A DNA stretch of 40,589 nt from a virus: UHGV virus genome UHGV-0397188; one strand, given 5' to 3'. The notes beneath the pieces are model-generated. The model saw only the letters and a program-made list of their open reading frames with translations, was not told where the DNA came from and searched no databases. Shown piece by piece: positions 1-10,998 of this stretch (position 1 is the first letter of the stretch; every line of letters begins with the position of its first letter). The position numbers were made by a program, and so were the translations under genes.

Positions 1-85
1 TTCCGGATACAACAACAAAACAACCTTTATTGCACGGGGTGTTGGAAATTGAATTTAAGTTTAGTTAACAGAGAGGAGAAAAAGC

Positions 86-613
86 ATGTTTGAGACAGGA
101 TTACAGTTATTTGCAGAGGCGGTATCTGGCAAGAAAATTGTATATTTGTACCGCCTTGCAGAAAAAGCGAAACAGGAAGCAGCAAAGAATCTTGCGTTTA
201 CAACGGAGAATGGAAGAACCAAGAGTAAGGATGCAGATTCTACTGCAACGAAAGACGGTACAATCCGTACACCAGGAGCTGCGGAGACAGAAATTACAGC
301 CACTGCGGTTTTGGCAAAAGGCGATAAATTGATCACAGAACTTGAGGACGCTATGGATTCCGATAAACTTCTTGAAATTTGGGAAGTAAACCTTGAAGAA
401 GCAGCGGAAGCGGGTCCGAATAAATTTAAGGGAATGTATTTCCAAGGATATCTCACAGAAGTTGAGGTCACGTCTTCTGCAGATGAGAATGTGGAAGTAT
501 CCCTTACTTTTGGCATCAACGGATCAGGTAAACGCGGAGATGTAACCGTGACAACGCAGCAGCAGGAAATCGCGAATTACGTGTTTAAGGACAGCGTGAA
601 AGAGGGGGAATAA
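86..613 (+). CDS. phage major tail protein (siphovirus MTP, TP901-1/phi13-like)
   Basis: ATG with GAGAGGAG RBS; 175 aa; sits immediately upstream of the tail chaperone pair and tape measure; sequence looks like a Firmicute phage major tail protein. Confidence 0.7.
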   Translation: MFETGLQLFAEAVSGKKIVYLYRLAEKAKQEAAKNLAFTTENGRTKSKDADSTATKDGTIRTPGAAETEITATAVLAKGDKLITELEDAMDSDKLLEIWEVNLEEAAEAGPNKFKGMYFQGYLTEVEVTSSADENVEVSLTFGINGSGKRGDVTVTTQQQEIANYVFKDSVKEGE

Positions 614-615
614 TG

Positions 616-676
616 CCCTCTGACGATGTAGCCTTAATCGGCAGAGGTAAAGTAGGAAAGGCAAAAGTAGGAAAAG
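616..676 (+). repeat. copy 1 of a conserved 61-nt element (7-bp hairpin plus a purine-rich tail shared with copy 2) directly 3' of the major tail gene
   Basis: By hand alignment 50 of 61 positions match 38852..38912 and the last 22 nt are identical. The hairpin arms are ccctctg (616..622) and cagaggt (642..648). The -1 frame is open from 589 to 681. Confidence 0.6.
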
Positions 677-692
677 AATAGATCATGTACAT

Positions 693-720
693 AGAGGGCG
701 GCAAGACCGCTCTCTTTTTA
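693..720 (+). terminator. rho-independent terminator after the major tail gene
   Basis: agagggcgg / ccgctctct stem followed by a TTTTT run. Confidence 0.55.
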
Positions 721-735
721 ATGGAGGAATAAAAA

Positions 736-1134
736 ATGATGGAATTAACAATTAACGGACAGGTGTACCAGTTTAACTTTGGAATGGGATTTTTGAGAGA
801 GATAAACAAGCAGACAAATGTGCCGATAGATGGAGCACCTGGAGTTAAAAAAGATGTGGGGTTCCGGTACGCGCTTATGAATTTGATGGATGGAGATCCA
901 GAAGCTCTTGTGAATATTCTTGATGTTGCGAATAAAGGGCAGAACCCAAGAGTAACAAGAAATCTGCTCGATGGTTATATCGATGACGAGAATACAGATA
1001 TCGATGAGCTTACAGATACAGTAATGGGTTTCTTAAAGAGTGCGAATGCTACGAAGAGGACGACGAAAGAGTTGGTGGATGCTGTGGAGAAAGAGAAACA
1101 GAGGATAGAAGAGGAAGAAGCACGGAAAAGATAG
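736..1134 (+). CDS. tail assembly chaperone (gpG-like)
   Basis: 132 aa ORF between major tail and tape measure genes; acidic C-terminus; classical position. Confidence 0.65.
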   Translation: MMELTINGQVYQFNFGMGFLREINKQTNVPIDGAPGVKKDVGFRYALMNLMDGDPEALVNILDVANKGQNPRVTRNLLDGYIDDENTDIDELTDTVMGFLKSANATKRTTKELVDAVEKEKQRIEEEEARKR

Positions 1135-1484
1135 TTGATGGTGTAGGGTTTGAAGAATACTACAAAGAAGCAGCTTTGAATTGTTTTCGGTATCTGGGTT
1201 TCAAGAGCTTTGAAGAAGTGGACAGGTTGACGATCCCGGAATACACCCTGCTTATGGAAGCTGTGCAGCTAAGAGAAGTAGATAAGGACTATCGAAATCA
1301 TCTGCAAGCATTCCTGAATTTTGCTGTGAAAGCAGAGAAAAAGGTCGGAAAGAATAAGACTAAACCAGTTTATCAGAGATTCAGAAAGTTTTTTGATTAC
1401 GAAAAAGAAGTAGATCGTGTGAGGAACCGAAAGCAAAAAAATGAAAGATTGGACATAATCGGCAGAATGATGAAAGGAGAGTGA
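736..1484 (+). CDS. tail assembly chaperone G-T fusion made by a programmed -1 frameshift at GGGTTTC (1026..1032)
   Basis: The downstream frame is open from 1008 to 1484 and overlaps the G ORF in the -1 register. A canonical X_XXY_YYZ heptamer G_GGT_TTC sits in the correct phase (zero-frame codons ggt and ttc at 1027 and 1030). This is the conserved G/GT arrangement of siphoviruses. Confidence 0.6.
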
Positions 1485-1488
1485 TGGC

Positions 1489-4400
1489 ATGGCAGAAAGT
1501 TTTTCCGTAAAGGCAATATTATCTGCGCAGGATAGAGGATTTACGTCTGCTTTCAAATCTGCAATGGGTACCGTAAGCAATTTAAAAAGCACGCTCACGA
1601 GTGGAATAGGGTTCGGGATCATGGCCGGAATTGGGCAAAAGGCATTTGGTGCTGTCACATCCAGTATTGGTGGTATGGTGTCAGAGTTAAATTCTTCCAG
1701 CGCTGCATGGAAAACATTTAATGGAAACATGTCGATGGTTGGCAAAGGCGCTGACGAGATTGCATCTGTAAAAAAGGAATTGCAAGAGTTTGCAGAAGAT
1801 ACGATTTATAGTGCATCTGATATGGCGAGTACTTATGCTCAGTTGAGTGCAGTTGGGATTAAAAGCGCGAACAAGCTTGTAAAGGGATTCGGAGGGCTTG
1901 CTGCGGCGGCTGAGAATCCAAAACAGGCAATGAAGACTTTAAGCCAGCAGGCTACACAGATGGCAGCAAAGCCAACAGTTGCATGGGCGGACTTTAAACT
2001 CATGATTGAGCAGACTCCGGCTGGTATATCAGCAGTCGCAAAAGAAATGGGTATGACTACCACGGAGCTTGTACAGAATGTGCAGGACGGGAAAATCGCG
2101 ACAGAAGATTTCTTCGATGCTATCGCAAAAGTCGGCACAAATGACGCGTTTACGAAGCTTGCAACAGAATATAAGACCGTAGATCAGGCGATGGACGGGT
2201 TGACTGAAACAGTAAGTAATAAACTTGCGCCATCATTCGATGTTTTATCTGGCCGAGCAATTAAGTCCTTGGACGGGATAATCAATAAAATTGGAGATCT
2301 TGATGGAGATGCAATCGCAGGGAAATTAACTGGATTTCTCGATAAAGCAAGTGGATACTGGAATGTTTTAAAGACAGAGGTTTCCGAAATAAAGGCTGCT
2401 TTTGGAGATGCCTTTTCTGCAATCGGAGAAGATTTGGGGAAGATTACTGGTGCATTTGGCTCCACGGAAAGCATCAGTTCTTTTGCTGGTGTAATGGACT
2501 CTGCGAGTGGGGCATTGCAAACATTTGCCGGATTCCTGAAAGAACATTCGGAGACCATCGCGAAAGTGATATCAAAACTCCCACAGCTTTTCGTTGCATA
2601 TAAAGGCTTTAAGATTGCGAAAAGTGTTGCTCCATTTGTAGGCACATTCACGAGTGCAATTGCCGGCCTTGCCAGAGCTGGAATAAGTAAAATCGCTGGG
2701 AAATTATTCGGAATTTCCAAAGGACAGAGAGCAGTTGAGGTATCGAGCAAGACGAGCGTAAAAGGAGTAACCTCTTTAAAAGAAGGCTTTAATTCACTTC
2801 AAAAAAGTGCTGGTATTGCCTTAATAGTAAGCGCCTTAGCTGGTTTTGCACTTGCGGTAAAACCGCTGGCAGAATTAGGAACAACCGCTGTTGCTCCGCT
2901 TGCTGCATTCGGAGTTGTTGTCGGTGGTTTAGCAATCATACTTGGAACTATGGGAAAGAAACTGCAGGAAAGTGCAGTTGGCATTGCGGTGTTTGCTGGT
3001 GCGGTATCAGCAATGGCATTATCCATGACACCTCTTGCTAAAACTGGTACAGACGGAGCTGTTGCAATGGGAACATTCGGAGTTGTTATCGGTGGTTTGG
3101 TTGCAGTATTTGCGGTATTTGGGACGGCTCTGACAGCTGCTATACCAGCGATGCTTGCTTTCGGCGCAACCATCCTTATGGTTGGTGCTGGAATGTCTCT
3201 GGCAACGCCTTTTGTTGAAGCACTAGGAAGCGTAATTCAAATACTTGGAGATGTTGTTGTTCAAGTAATAGGGGTAATCACTGGTGCTATCGTAGCTATC
3301 TTCCCAGTATTCGGAAATTTTGTGTCAACTGTTTCTGATTCAGTTAGCCAAATAGTATCAGTTGTTGGCAATACACTTGTAAATATTTTTAAAACTGCCG
3401 GGGACATCATTACAGGTGTTATTGATTCATTAGGGGATGGGTTTAAAAAAGTCACAGACGGGATTTCGAAAGTTATAGATTCAATTGGTGGTGGATTTTC
3501 CAGTGTTTTGGATTCTGTTGCTGGAATCATTGACTCAATCGGAAACTCTGCCAAAAATGCTGGCAAAGGATTCGAGAGCGTAGCTGACGGTATCAACACG
3601 ATTGCTAGTCTATCTATTGTAGATATAGCAAAGGCACTCGGATCGGTAGCTATTGGTCTCGGAGAAATTTCTGCAAAAGGAAAAGGAATTGGTACCGTTG
3701 CAGATGGACTTAACGGAGTTATTGGAGCAATTACAATTGCATCGGTGCAGATTTCAATGTTTTCAGGAACTCTTACGCAACTAAATTCAACGGCCGTTCA
3801 AATTCCTACTAGCATGGCTATGATTAGCGGAGCATTAGCAAGTTTTTCAATTCCTGTTATAGATACTGGCAGTATCATGGCAGCATTTGCTTCTATTAGT
3901 GCAGGTGCGGAAGCGCTGGTAGCACAACTGGATTCTTCGGCCGCGAAAGCCGGGGCGCAATTTTCAAAAGCGCTTACTAACGGTATGAATTCAGCTGCTA
4001 ATTCCGTGCAGCGTGGTGTTTCTAAAATTACGTCATCTGCTAATAAACTTATTTCAATGCTGACGAATATTGCAACGCAGGCAATGAGCCAATTTAATTC
4101 CGCTCTATCCTCCGGTGCAAGTAGGGCAACTTCTACGGCGAGATCAATGTCAACGTCCATTTTGTCAGCACTTAACAGCACTTCATCTGGTGCTTATTCT
4201 TGCGGCGTGTATATTGGACAGGGACTTGCAAAAGGCATGGCATCTACACTTGGATATATCAGATCAGTTGCAGCGCAAATGGCTGCGGCTGCAGATGCGG
4301 CAGTCAGGGCAAAAGCGAAAATTCACAGTCCTTCAAGAGTATTTGCCGGGCTGGGTGTCTATGTAGGAGAGGGATTTGCACTTGGAATTGAGTCGATGTC

Positions 4401-4662
4401 CAGAAAGGTTGCAGAAGCTACGCAGAGCATTGTGGAGATCCCAACATTATACACAGATATGAGGATGCGAGCTTCAGGTGCTTTGGATTCTGAACTTTCC
4501 GGTGATTATTCCTATAACAGAAATGTTACATACACAATCGTTGTGCCGGTTGAATATAACGGCAGAGAAGCAGCGCGTGTTACGGCGGAATTTACGCAGA
4601 AAGATCTGGAAAGACGTGAGAGCATGAAGATGAGACTGAAAGGAGAAAGAAGCCATGTATGA
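1489..4662 (+). CDS. tail tape measure protein
   Basis: 1057 aa; Ala/Gly-rich with hydrophobic central blocks; directly downstream of the chaperone pair; AAAGGAGAG RBS. Confidence 0.85.
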   Translation: MAESFSVKAILSAQDRGFTSAFKSAMGTVSNLKSTLTSGIGFGIMAGIGQKAFGAVTSSIGGMVSELNSSSAAWKTFNGNMSMVGKGADEIASVKKELQEFAEDTIYSASDMASTYAQLSAVGIKSANKLVKGFGGLAAAAENPKQAMKTLSQQATQMAAKPTVAWADFKLMIEQTPAGISAVAKEMGMTTTELVQNVQDGKIATEDFFDAIAKVGTNDAFTKLATEYKTVDQAMDGLTETVSNKLAPSFDVLSGRAIKSLDGIINKIGDLDGDAIAGKLTGFLDKASGYWNVLKTEVSEIKAAFGDAFSAIGEDLGKITGAFGSTESISSFAGVMDSASGALQTFAGFLKEHSETIAKVISKLPQLFVAYKGFKIAKSVAPFVGTFTSAIAGLARAGISKIAGKLFGISKGQRAVEVSSKTSVKGVTSLKEGFNSLQKSAGIALIVSALAGFALAVKPLAELGTTAVAPLAAFGVVVGGLAIILGTMGKKLQESAVGIAVFAGAVSAMALSMTPLAKTGTDGAVAMGTFGVVIGGLVAVFAVFGTALTAAIPAMLAFGATILMVGAGMSLATPFVEALGSVIQILGDVVVQVIGVITGAIVAIFPVFGNFVSTVSDSVSQIVSVVGNTLVNIFKTAGDIITGVIDSLGDGFKKVTDGISKVIDSIGGGFSSVLDSVAGIIDSIGNSAKNAGKGFESVADGINTIASLSIVDIAKALGSVAIGLGEISAKGKGIGTVADGLNGVIGAITIASVQISMFSGTLTQLNSTAVQIPTSMAMISGALASFSIPVIDTGSIMAAFASISAGAEALVAQLDSSAAKAGAQFSKALTNGMNSAANSVQRGVSKITSSANKLISMLTNIATQAMSQFNSALSSGASRATSTARSMSTSILSALNSTSSGAYSCGVYIGQGLAKGMASTLGYIRSVAAQMAAAADAAVRAKAKIHSPSRVFAGLGVYVGEGFALGIESMSRKVAEATQSIVEIPTLYTDMRMRASGALDSELSGDYSYNRNVTYTIVVPVEYNGREAARVTAEFTQKDLERRESMKMRLKGERSHV

Positions 4663-6187
4663 GTTTGTGGATACAAATAAGGCGGGGAGCAAGAGTTCCC
4701 TGCCGAGTGAGGCTCTGCAGATTGATGGGACATATATTGAAAATTTGATTGATGGATACAGAACTCTGTACGTGACCGGTCGTGAGCTTTTGGGATCGGA
4801 AATTTCGGAGAGAGAAATTGATCTTGTGGATGGGTCCGAGTATACGGGAAAGCGAGATACAACCAGAAGTATTACAGTTGGATACCAGTTGCTTTGCACA
4901 TCTCCTAGAGAGTTTCAGGAAAAATTCAACAAACTCTCTGGAATCTTAAATAAGGAACAGGCAAAGCTGATTTTTGCAGATGAACCGGATAAATATTTTA
5001 TCGGGACGAAATCAAGTGTAGGAGATGTGGAGCCAGGCAGATTGAACGTAAAAAGCGAATTTACTTTTTATTGTTGTGATCCACGGAAATATTCAGCAGC
5101 GGAAAAATCGTTTACTGCCCATCAGGAAAGCGGATATCAGACGCTTACTATTGTAAATGGTGGTACAGAATCCGTTCCGGTAAGCTACGATATCACTCAC
5201 AACCATGAAAATGGATTTATTGGGATTGCCAGTAAATACGGTGCAATACAACTCGGCAAGATCGAAGAAGCAGACGGCGAAGACTATAAGGCGTCAGAGA
5301 TACTGTCAGAGGGGTATAGCCTGTTTCAAGACGATCACGGTACTTCTCATCAAAATCCGGAGAATACCACACAAGGAACGCTGGAAGTGCGGGACGTTGC
5401 CGGATACAGCGTAATGGCTTTAAAGGGTGGGCAGGCTACGAACGGACACTGGAACGGCGGAATGAGAACACTTACTATCCCGGTTGACAGCGAGGGCAGA
5501 CGTGGGGCAAAGAACTTTTACTGTTACACGCAGCACTGGTTCGAGACTGGATTGATGGGACAGACGGGAGCACAGACTATTGCGTTTCTTACAGGGGAAA
5601 ATGAAGTGATCTGCTCTATGTCTATTAACAAGAGTGATACGGTTGGTAATACGGCGCATGTGGACTGGTTCGCACCACAAAACAAGAAGATCAAGACACT
5701 GGATTTCCAGCCGACAGCTTATGAGGGAAACCCGTTTAATTTAAAGATGGGTGGCGGTCATAATGATTTTTTAAAAGAGGGTGACAGGCTACGGATTTTT
5801 TGGTACGGTCAGTATTATTATTTTACTATCCCGGAGATTAAAGACATGGCGTGTGAGAAGATACAGGTCTGGATCGGGCAGTGGGGAGACCGGAATCTCG
5901 GGAATCAGCTGGTTACGCATAACTATCTTAAAAAAATCTGGTTCCGCAAAGATAACGTGGAAAAATACAGAGATGTGCCGAACCGGTATAAGTCCGGAGA
6001 TGTGGTCTATATTGATGGAAATGATACAGCGGTTTATGTAAACGGGATGAAGCGGATGGAAGATGAAATCCGAGGGAGTAAGCATTTTCTGGTACCGCCG
6101 GGAGAGACGGAGATCCAGTTCTCCTACTCGGCATTTAGCAGTCCGCCGCCAACGATTAAAGCAAAAATAAGGGAGGCATATTTATAA
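4655..6187 (+). CDS. distal tail protein (Dit / siphovirus tail component family), extended form
   Basis: Start overlaps the tape measure stop; the N-terminal region resembles phage tail family (Sipho_tail) proteins; 510 aa. Confidence 0.65.
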   Translation: MYEFVDTNKAGSKSSLPSEALQIDGTYIENLIDGYRTLYVTGRELLGSEISEREIDLVDGSEYTGKRDTTRSITVGYQLLCTSPREFQEKFNKLSGILNKEQAKLIFADEPDKYFIGTKSSVGDVEPGRLNVKSEFTFYCCDPRKYSAAEKSFTAHQESGYQTLTIVNGGTESVPVSYDITHNHENGFIGIASKYGAIQLGKIEEADGEDYKASEILSEGYSLFQDDHGTSHQNPENTTQGTLEVRDVAGYSVMALKGGQATNGHWNGGMRTLTIPVDSEGRRGAKNFYCYTQHWFETGLMGQTGAQTIAFLTGENEVICSMSINKSDTVGNTAHVDWFAPQNKKIKTLDFQPTAYEGNPFNLKMGGGHNDFLKEGDRLRIFWYGQYYYFTIPEIKDMACEKIQVWIGQWGDRNLGNQLVTHNYLKKIWFRKDNVEKYRDVPNRYKSGDVVYIDGNDTAVYVNGMKRMEDEIRGSKHFLVPPGETEIQFSYSAFSSPPPTIKAKIREAYL

Positions 6188-9100
6188 TGAATGAAATCAG
6201 AATTGCCGTACTGAATCCACATGACAGGGTGCTTGCATTTTTGGATAACACCCATCGAAACTCTATGCATTATTGGAACGATGAGCTCCATGAATATCTG
6301 CAGGGGACAGCGAATACATACGCATTTACGGTAAGTTCCAAACACGAGGATGCGGCGTATATCGTAGAAGGGAATAAAGTAGCCTTTGTATATAACGGAA
6401 AAGACTACTATCTGAATATCGTACATGTGGAAAAGGATGAATTTACAGTTACTGCGACAGCATGGTCTTTAAGTTTCGAATTGATCAATGAGAATGTGGG
6501 TGCGTACAAATCTGAAAGCGCAATGAGCTTTGAGGAATATGTAACTGCCTTTGATCCGGAACGTACCGTGCGGATCGGGATCAATGAAGTGTCAGATAAG
6601 CGGATTTCAAACGAATGGACAGGTGAGGCAACGGTACTGTCCCGTTTATTTTCCGTGGCGAATGTATTCGATGCGGAGATTGAGTTCCAGACTGTGTTAA
6701 ATGATGATTATTCACTGAAAGAAATTGTAATGAACGTGTATCGGGAACACTCAGACAATAACACGGGAGTTGGGGAGTTCCGGGGAGATATCAAACTGCG
6801 GTACGGGAAAAATGTTACCGGCATCCGGAAGGAATCCAGTATCGAAAATCTGTACACCGGTATCCGTCCAACAGGAAAGGATGGACTGACTATACAGGGA
6901 ATTGAGAAAGAAGAGCTGGATGAGAACGGCGTAGTAGAGTTTTATACACAAGGTCCAGATATCCGGGCGCCGCAGGCAAGGGACAGATTTCCATCAAACC
7001 TGATAAACAAGGAAGATGGATACATCTTTATGCCAAAATCCTACGATACGGATAACAAAGACAAACTGTACAGTATGGCGCTATCGGACTTGAGAACAGC
7101 ATCTGAACCGGTCGTGACTTATGATGTGACGGGATACTTTGATACCGCTATCGGAGATACCGTGGAGATCGAAGATGAGGAGTACGTTCCTACCTTATAC
7201 TTGAGTGCAAGAGTATCGGAGCAGGTTCGCAGTTTCACGAATCCGCAAGCAAACAAGACAGTCTTTACCAATTTTAAAGAGCTGCAGTCGGAAATCTCGG
7301 AAGATTTGCTGCAGAAAGTAGAGGATCTGATTAACAAAACAAAGATTTACACCTGCTCCATTGCCACAAACAACGGCATCATCTTTAAAAATGGTATCGG
7401 CAGCACTACTCTGACAGCTTACGCTTACGATAACGGCGTGGACGTCACGGGCAATCTGGAAATCCGGTGGAGTAAAGATGGGACAGAGTTTTACGTTGGC
7501 AAGAGTGTTACGGTAAATGCTACGGACGTGGATACAAAGGCGGTGTACTCATTTGAGGCTCTAGAAAATGGGATAAAACGTGGGTATTACGAGGTCACAA
7601 TCACGGATGTAATGGATGGAGAGGATGGAAAAGACGGGGAACAGGGTCCGCAAGGTGAGAAAGGAGAGCAAGGCGAACAGGGACCTCCGGGTCCACAAGG
7701 CGCTCCGGGATTGGATGGTATACAGGGTCCAAAAGGGGATCAGGGAATTCCGGGAAAAGATGGGAAGGACGGAAAAACACAGTACACCCACATTGCTTAT
7801 GCAAACAGCGCAGACGGTAGGACAGATTTTTCCGTGTCCGACAGTAATAGGGAATATATCGGAATGTATGTTGATTTTGCGCAAAATGACAGCGCAGACC
7901 CGACAAAATACGCATGGAGTAAGATCAAAGGCACAGACGGGGCGATCGGAACACCCGGAAAGCCGGGAGCTGATGGAAAGACCCCGTATCTACATATCGC
8001 CTACGCAAACAGTGCTGATGGAAAGACGGGATTTTCCACCACGGATGGTACAAATAAGCTCTATATCGGGCAGTACACGGATTATACACAGGCAGATAGT
8101 ACAGATGCTACGAAGTATACATGGACAAAAATAAAAGGAGAACAGGGGGAACGTGGGCTACAAGGGCTGCAAGGAGAAAAAGGCGAACAGGGGATTCCTG
8201 GAACAGCTGGTGCGAATGGAAAGACCAGTTATTTCCACATCAAGTATTCTTCTGTGGCAAAGCCGACAACGTTCAGTCAGATGACAGAGACGCCGTCTGC
8301 TTATATTGGAACTTATGTGGACTTTGTACAGGAAGATTCTACAGATCCTGCAAGATATACCTGGTCACGTTTCCAAGGAACCCAGGGTCCCCAGGGAACG
8401 CAGGGAATTCCGGGAACAAACGGCACAAACGGCAAGACAAGTTATCTGCACATTAAATATTCCAATGATGGAGGAAAAACGTTTACCGGAAACAGCGGAG
8501 AAGATGTGGGAACGCATATCGGTACTTGTGTGGATTACAATCAGTCCGATCCTGCAAGTGTTGGATCTTATAAGTGGGCGAAGATTAAAGGAGAACAAGG
8601 TGCTACAGGACCACAAGGAGCAACGGGACCACAAGGGCCGGCGGGGACATCAGGAAGAGGGATAAAAACCATTACAGAATATTATTTGATTTCTTCCGCA
8701 AAAACAGGAATTACAACAGCGTCAAGCGGTTGGAGTACATCAGTTCCGACGATGACAGCAACAAATAAATACTTGTGGAACTATGAAAAATTTACGTTTA
8801 CAGATAATACCACAGCGACCACTACGCCAAAAATAATCGGGATATACGGAGACAAAGGAACAACAGGAGCTACTGGTCCGCAAGGACCTCAAGGAAATGC
8901 AGGTGCAACAGGTCCCCAGGGGCCACAAGGAGCGACAGGCCCGAAAGGACCGCAAGGGGCAACTGGCGCAACGGGGCCGCAAGGAGCAACTGGAAACGGA
9001 ATAAAATCTATCACGAATTATTATCTTGCAACGGCAAGCGGAAGCGGTGTGTCGGCGTCCACATCAGGATGGACTACAACTGTACAAGCAATAACGGCGT

Positions 9101-10047
9101 CAAAAAAATATCTGTGGAATTATGAAGTTGTTACCTATACAAATGGTAGCACGTATCAATCAGCACCATGTATCATCGGAGCATATGGTGATAAGGGAGC
9201 GACCGGTGCTACAGGAGCAACAGGACCAAGTGGCATAATTGTATCTTCTACGGCTCCGTCAAATCCTAAAGTTGGCCAGTTATGGCAGACAGCAAGTGGA
9301 GAGCCGATTAAGAGATGGGATGGAAGTAGGTGGGTGATCCATTATATTTCTGTTGATAACTTAAACGCACAGACTTTAAGTGCGATAGCGGCAGATCTTG
9401 GAACTGTAACTGCCGGACTTATTAAGGATAAGAATGGAACAATGCTTATCGATGTTACATCCGGAAAGATTATTAGCAAGAAAATCGTGCAAGGAGCAGT
9501 GGAAAATGTTGCGTCATTGAGTAATGCGTATTTGGCTTTCTCCGGTAAGGCTCCGACAACAGATCGAGCTACTATGAGCGTGAACTTGCAAAACATCATG
9601 TTTACAAATGAAAATACGGGAAAAGCAACGACAATCCAGTTTGAGGATGAAATGATATATGCAAGAAATTCTGTATCCCCACGTATAAGCATATATGCGT
9701 ATCGCAATTACGATTCCGGCACCGTGAAAGGTCCATATACAAGCACAAACTCCGCAAATAACATCCGTGTAGAGTTAAAAAGGAGAGGGTGTATGGTAAC
9801 ATGTAATATCACAATGCTTGCACAATTTCCGAACAGCGGAAGTTTCGGAGCGTTTGATGAGGTGCGAATCCCTATTGGGTATCGCCCGGTGCTCGACATC
9901 AGAACACCTTACAACGAGGTGTCCGGCTCCTCGATCTTTGGGACCGGTCGATATATAATTGGAAAAGACGGTGGAATTACAATCTATGTCAATAATCCAA
10001 ATTGGACAGAGCGACATTTGTCTACCACATGGATTACGGAAGACTAA
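6187..10047 (+). CDS. tail-associated protein / tail fibre (Tal-like N-terminus; collagen-like Gly-X-Y tracts and tandem modular repeats; C-terminal receptor-binding region)
   Basis: 1286 aa immediately after Dit. It carries several Gly-X-Y runs. A module of about 47 aa ([12 protein letters not shown]...KYxWxKIKG) occurs four times and a module of about 70 aa (GIKxITxYYL...KYLWNYE...YGDKG) occurs twice. Confidence 0.7.
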   Translation: MNEIRIAVLNPHDRVLAFLDNTHRNSMHYWNDELHEYLQGTANTYAFTVSSKHEDAAYIVEGNKVAFVYNGKDYYLNIVHVEKDEFTVTATAWSLSFELINENVGAYKSESAMSFEEYVTAFDPERTVRIGINEVSDKRISNEWTGEATVLSRLFSVANVFDAEIEFQTVLNDDYSLKEIVMNVYREHSDNNTGVGEFRGDIKLRYGKNVTGIRKESSIENLYTGIRPTGKDGLTIQGIEKEELDENGVVEFYTQGPDIRAPQARDRFPSNLINKEDGYIFMPKSYDTDNKDKLYSMALSDLRTASEPVVTYDVTGYFDTAIGDTVEIEDEEYVPTLYLSARVSEQVRSFTNPQANKTVFTNFKELQSEISEDLLQKVEDLINKTKIYTCSIATNNGIIFKNGIGSTTLTAYAYDNGVDVTGNLEIRWSKDGTEFYVGKSVTVNATDVDTKAVYSFEALENGIKRGYYEVTITDVMDGEDGKDGEQGPQGEKGEQGEQGPPGPQGAPGLDGIQGPKGDQGIPGKDGKDGKTQYTHIAYANSADGRTDFSVSDSNREYIGMYVDFAQNDSADPTKYAWSKIKGTDGAIGTPGKPGADGKTPYLHIAYANSADGKTGFSTTDGTNKLYIGQYTDYTQADSTDATKYTWTKIKGEQGERGLQGLQGEKGEQGIPGTAGANGKTSYFHIKYSSVAKPTTFSQMTETPSAYIGTYVDFVQEDSTDPARYTWSRFQGTQGPQGTQGIPGTNGTNGKTSYLHIKYSNDGGKTFTGNSGEDVGTHIGTCVDYNQSDPASVGSYKWAKIKGEQGATGPQGATGPQGPAGTSGRGIKTITEYYLISSAKTGITTASSGWSTSVPTMTATNKYLWNYEKFTFTDNTTATTTPKIIGIYGDKGTTGATGPQGPQGNAGATGPQGPQGATGPKGPQGATGATGPQGATGNGIKSITNYYLATASGSGVSASTSGWTTTVQAITASKKYLWNYEVVTYTNGSTYQSAPCIIGAYGDKGATGATGATGPSGIIVSSTAPSNPKVGQLWQTASGEPIKRWDGSRWVIHYISVDNLNAQTLSAIAADLGTVTAGLIKDKNGTMLIDVTSGKIISKKIVQGAVENVASLSNAYLAFSGKAPTTDRATMSVNLQNIMFTNENTGKATTIQFEDEMIYARNSVSPRISIYAYRNYDSGTVKGPYTSTNSANNIRVELKRRGCMVTCNITMLAQFPNSGSFGAFDEVRIPIGYRPVLDIRTPYNEVSGSSIFGTGRYIIGKDGGITIYVNNPNWTERHLSTTWITED

Positions 10048-10071
10048 AGGAACGAATATGGAGATAAGAGC

Positions 10072-10096
10072 AAGACCGTGATGGTCTTATTTTTAT
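10072..10096 (+). terminator. rho-independent terminator after the tail fibre gene
   Basis: aagacc gtgat ggtctt hairpin followed by ATTTTTAT. Confidence 0.5.
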
Positions 10097-10119
10097 ACTT
10101 TAAAAACCGGAGGGAAAAC

Positions 10120-10401
10120 ATGACAGAAAATGAAGTAGAAGTGAAACTTGCAGAGCACGGAAAAGAAATCGGCTCATTAAAGCATCGAATGAAAGAAGCA
10201 GAGGACGTTGTGAGCGTGGTACATCAATTAGCACAGGAGATGGTGGGGTTGACCAAAGAGGTTGGATTTATGAACCAGACTCTTGTACAACTCACTGCAA
10301 AGGTTACGCACCTTGAGCAAACTCCGGCCAAGAGATGGGATGGTGCTGTTACCGCTCTCATTGCAGCTATTATCGGTGCAGCCGCAGCAATGCTTTTTTA
10401 A
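10120..10401 (+). CDS. XhlA-like lysis-associated membrane protein
   Basis: ATG at 10120 with a GGAGGG RBS (the ORF track starts at a GTG at 10078). Coiled-coil N-terminus, a KRWD motif and a single C-terminal TM helix, as in PBSX XhlA. Confidence 0.55.
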   Translation: MTENEVEVKLAEHGKEIGSLKHRMKEAEDVVSVVHQLAQEMVGLTKEVGFMNQTLVQLTAKVTHLEQTPAKRWDGAVTALIAAIIGAAAAMLF

Positions 10402-10413
10402 GGAGGACGTGAA

Positions 10414-10662
10414 ATGAAAAAAATCAATTGGATTGTAAGAATTAAAAACAAGGCTTTCTGGGTAGCGCTGATCCCGGCAATCTTACTGTTGATACAGGCA
10501 ATTGCGGCAGTGTTTGGTCTTACCATCGACCTTGGAGACCTTGGAGATAAGTTATTGACTGTAATCAATGCACTCTTTGCGATTCTGGCGATCCTTGGTG
10601 TAGTGGTAGACCCAACAACACCGGGCACAGGAGATTCAGAGAGGGCGCTTACATATAAGTAG
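10414..10662 (+). CDS. holin (phi LC3 / Phage_holin_1-like)
   Basis: 82 aa; AGGAGG RBS; N-terminal 'INWIVRIKNKAFW' and C-terminal 'DPTTPGTGDSERALTY' motifs; two TM segments. Confidence 0.65.
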   Translation: MKKINWIVRIKNKAFWVALIPAILLLIQAIAAVFGLTIDLGDLGDKLLTVINALFAILAILGVVVDPTTPGTGDSERALTYK

Positions 10663-10670
10663 ATGGTTTG

Positions 10671-10700
10671 AGAGGGCTTGGAAACAGGCTCTCTTTTATT
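10671..10700 (+). terminator. rho-independent terminator (GAAA tetraloop hairpin plus T-run) after the holin gene
   Basis: A 10-bp stem agagggcttg / caggctctct around GAAA, followed by TTTTATT. Confidence 0.55.
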
Positions 10701-10731
10701 GTGCGACATCGCACGGAAAGGAGTTAAAATC

Positions 10732-10998
10732 ATGGGAAGCAAGGAATTTTTAAACATTTGCAAAGCAAAGGTAGCGGATTATTTTAATCAGAATAAAGAC
10801 AAGACTGATACATCTGACAACATGACGGTAGATGATGTGTTTGTGGTTTGGTATTGTAAGACACTGCAAAATCACAAGGCGCTGCTTAGTACGCCAGTGA
10901 GTGACGGTATGTATTATGAGATCACATACAATGGAGACAAAAACGAGTTATATTTTGATGCTTATAAAAAGTGGGAAAACATTAAATACGATATGTAA
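10732..10998 (+). CDS. hypothetical protein in the lysis cassette, flanked by duplicated palindrome-containing repeats
   Basis: ATG with a GGAAAGGAG RBS; 88 aa; no homolog I recognise. Confidence 0.45.
   Translation: MGSKEFLNICKAKVADYFNQNKDKTDTSDNMTVDDVFVVWYCKTLQNHKALLSTPVSDGMYYEITYNGDKNELYFDAYKKWENIKYDM

Noticed and set aside
61-519. Minus-strand 152-aa ORF antisense to the major tail gene
   Set aside because: Antisense of a well-supported structural gene. Ser/Ala-rich low-complexity translation.
1839-4181. Several minus-strand ORFs inside the tape measure gene
   Set aside because: Low-complexity Ala/Pro/Ile-rich translations of the antisense strand of a compositionally biased gene. No starts or RBS.
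7616-8665. Plus-strand ORFs 7616..8134, 8121..8456 and 8306..8665 in other frames inside the tail fibre gene
   Set aside because: They are produced by the Gly-X-Y codon periodicity (alternative frames of collagen repeats stay open). They are fully embedded in a well-supported 1286-aa gene and have no RBS.
7615-9000. Possible CRISPR array suggested by periodic repeats
   Set aside because: The periodicity is 9-nt Gly-X-Y codon repeats and protein-module repeats. There are no repeat-spacer units of 25-40 nt or leader-like features.
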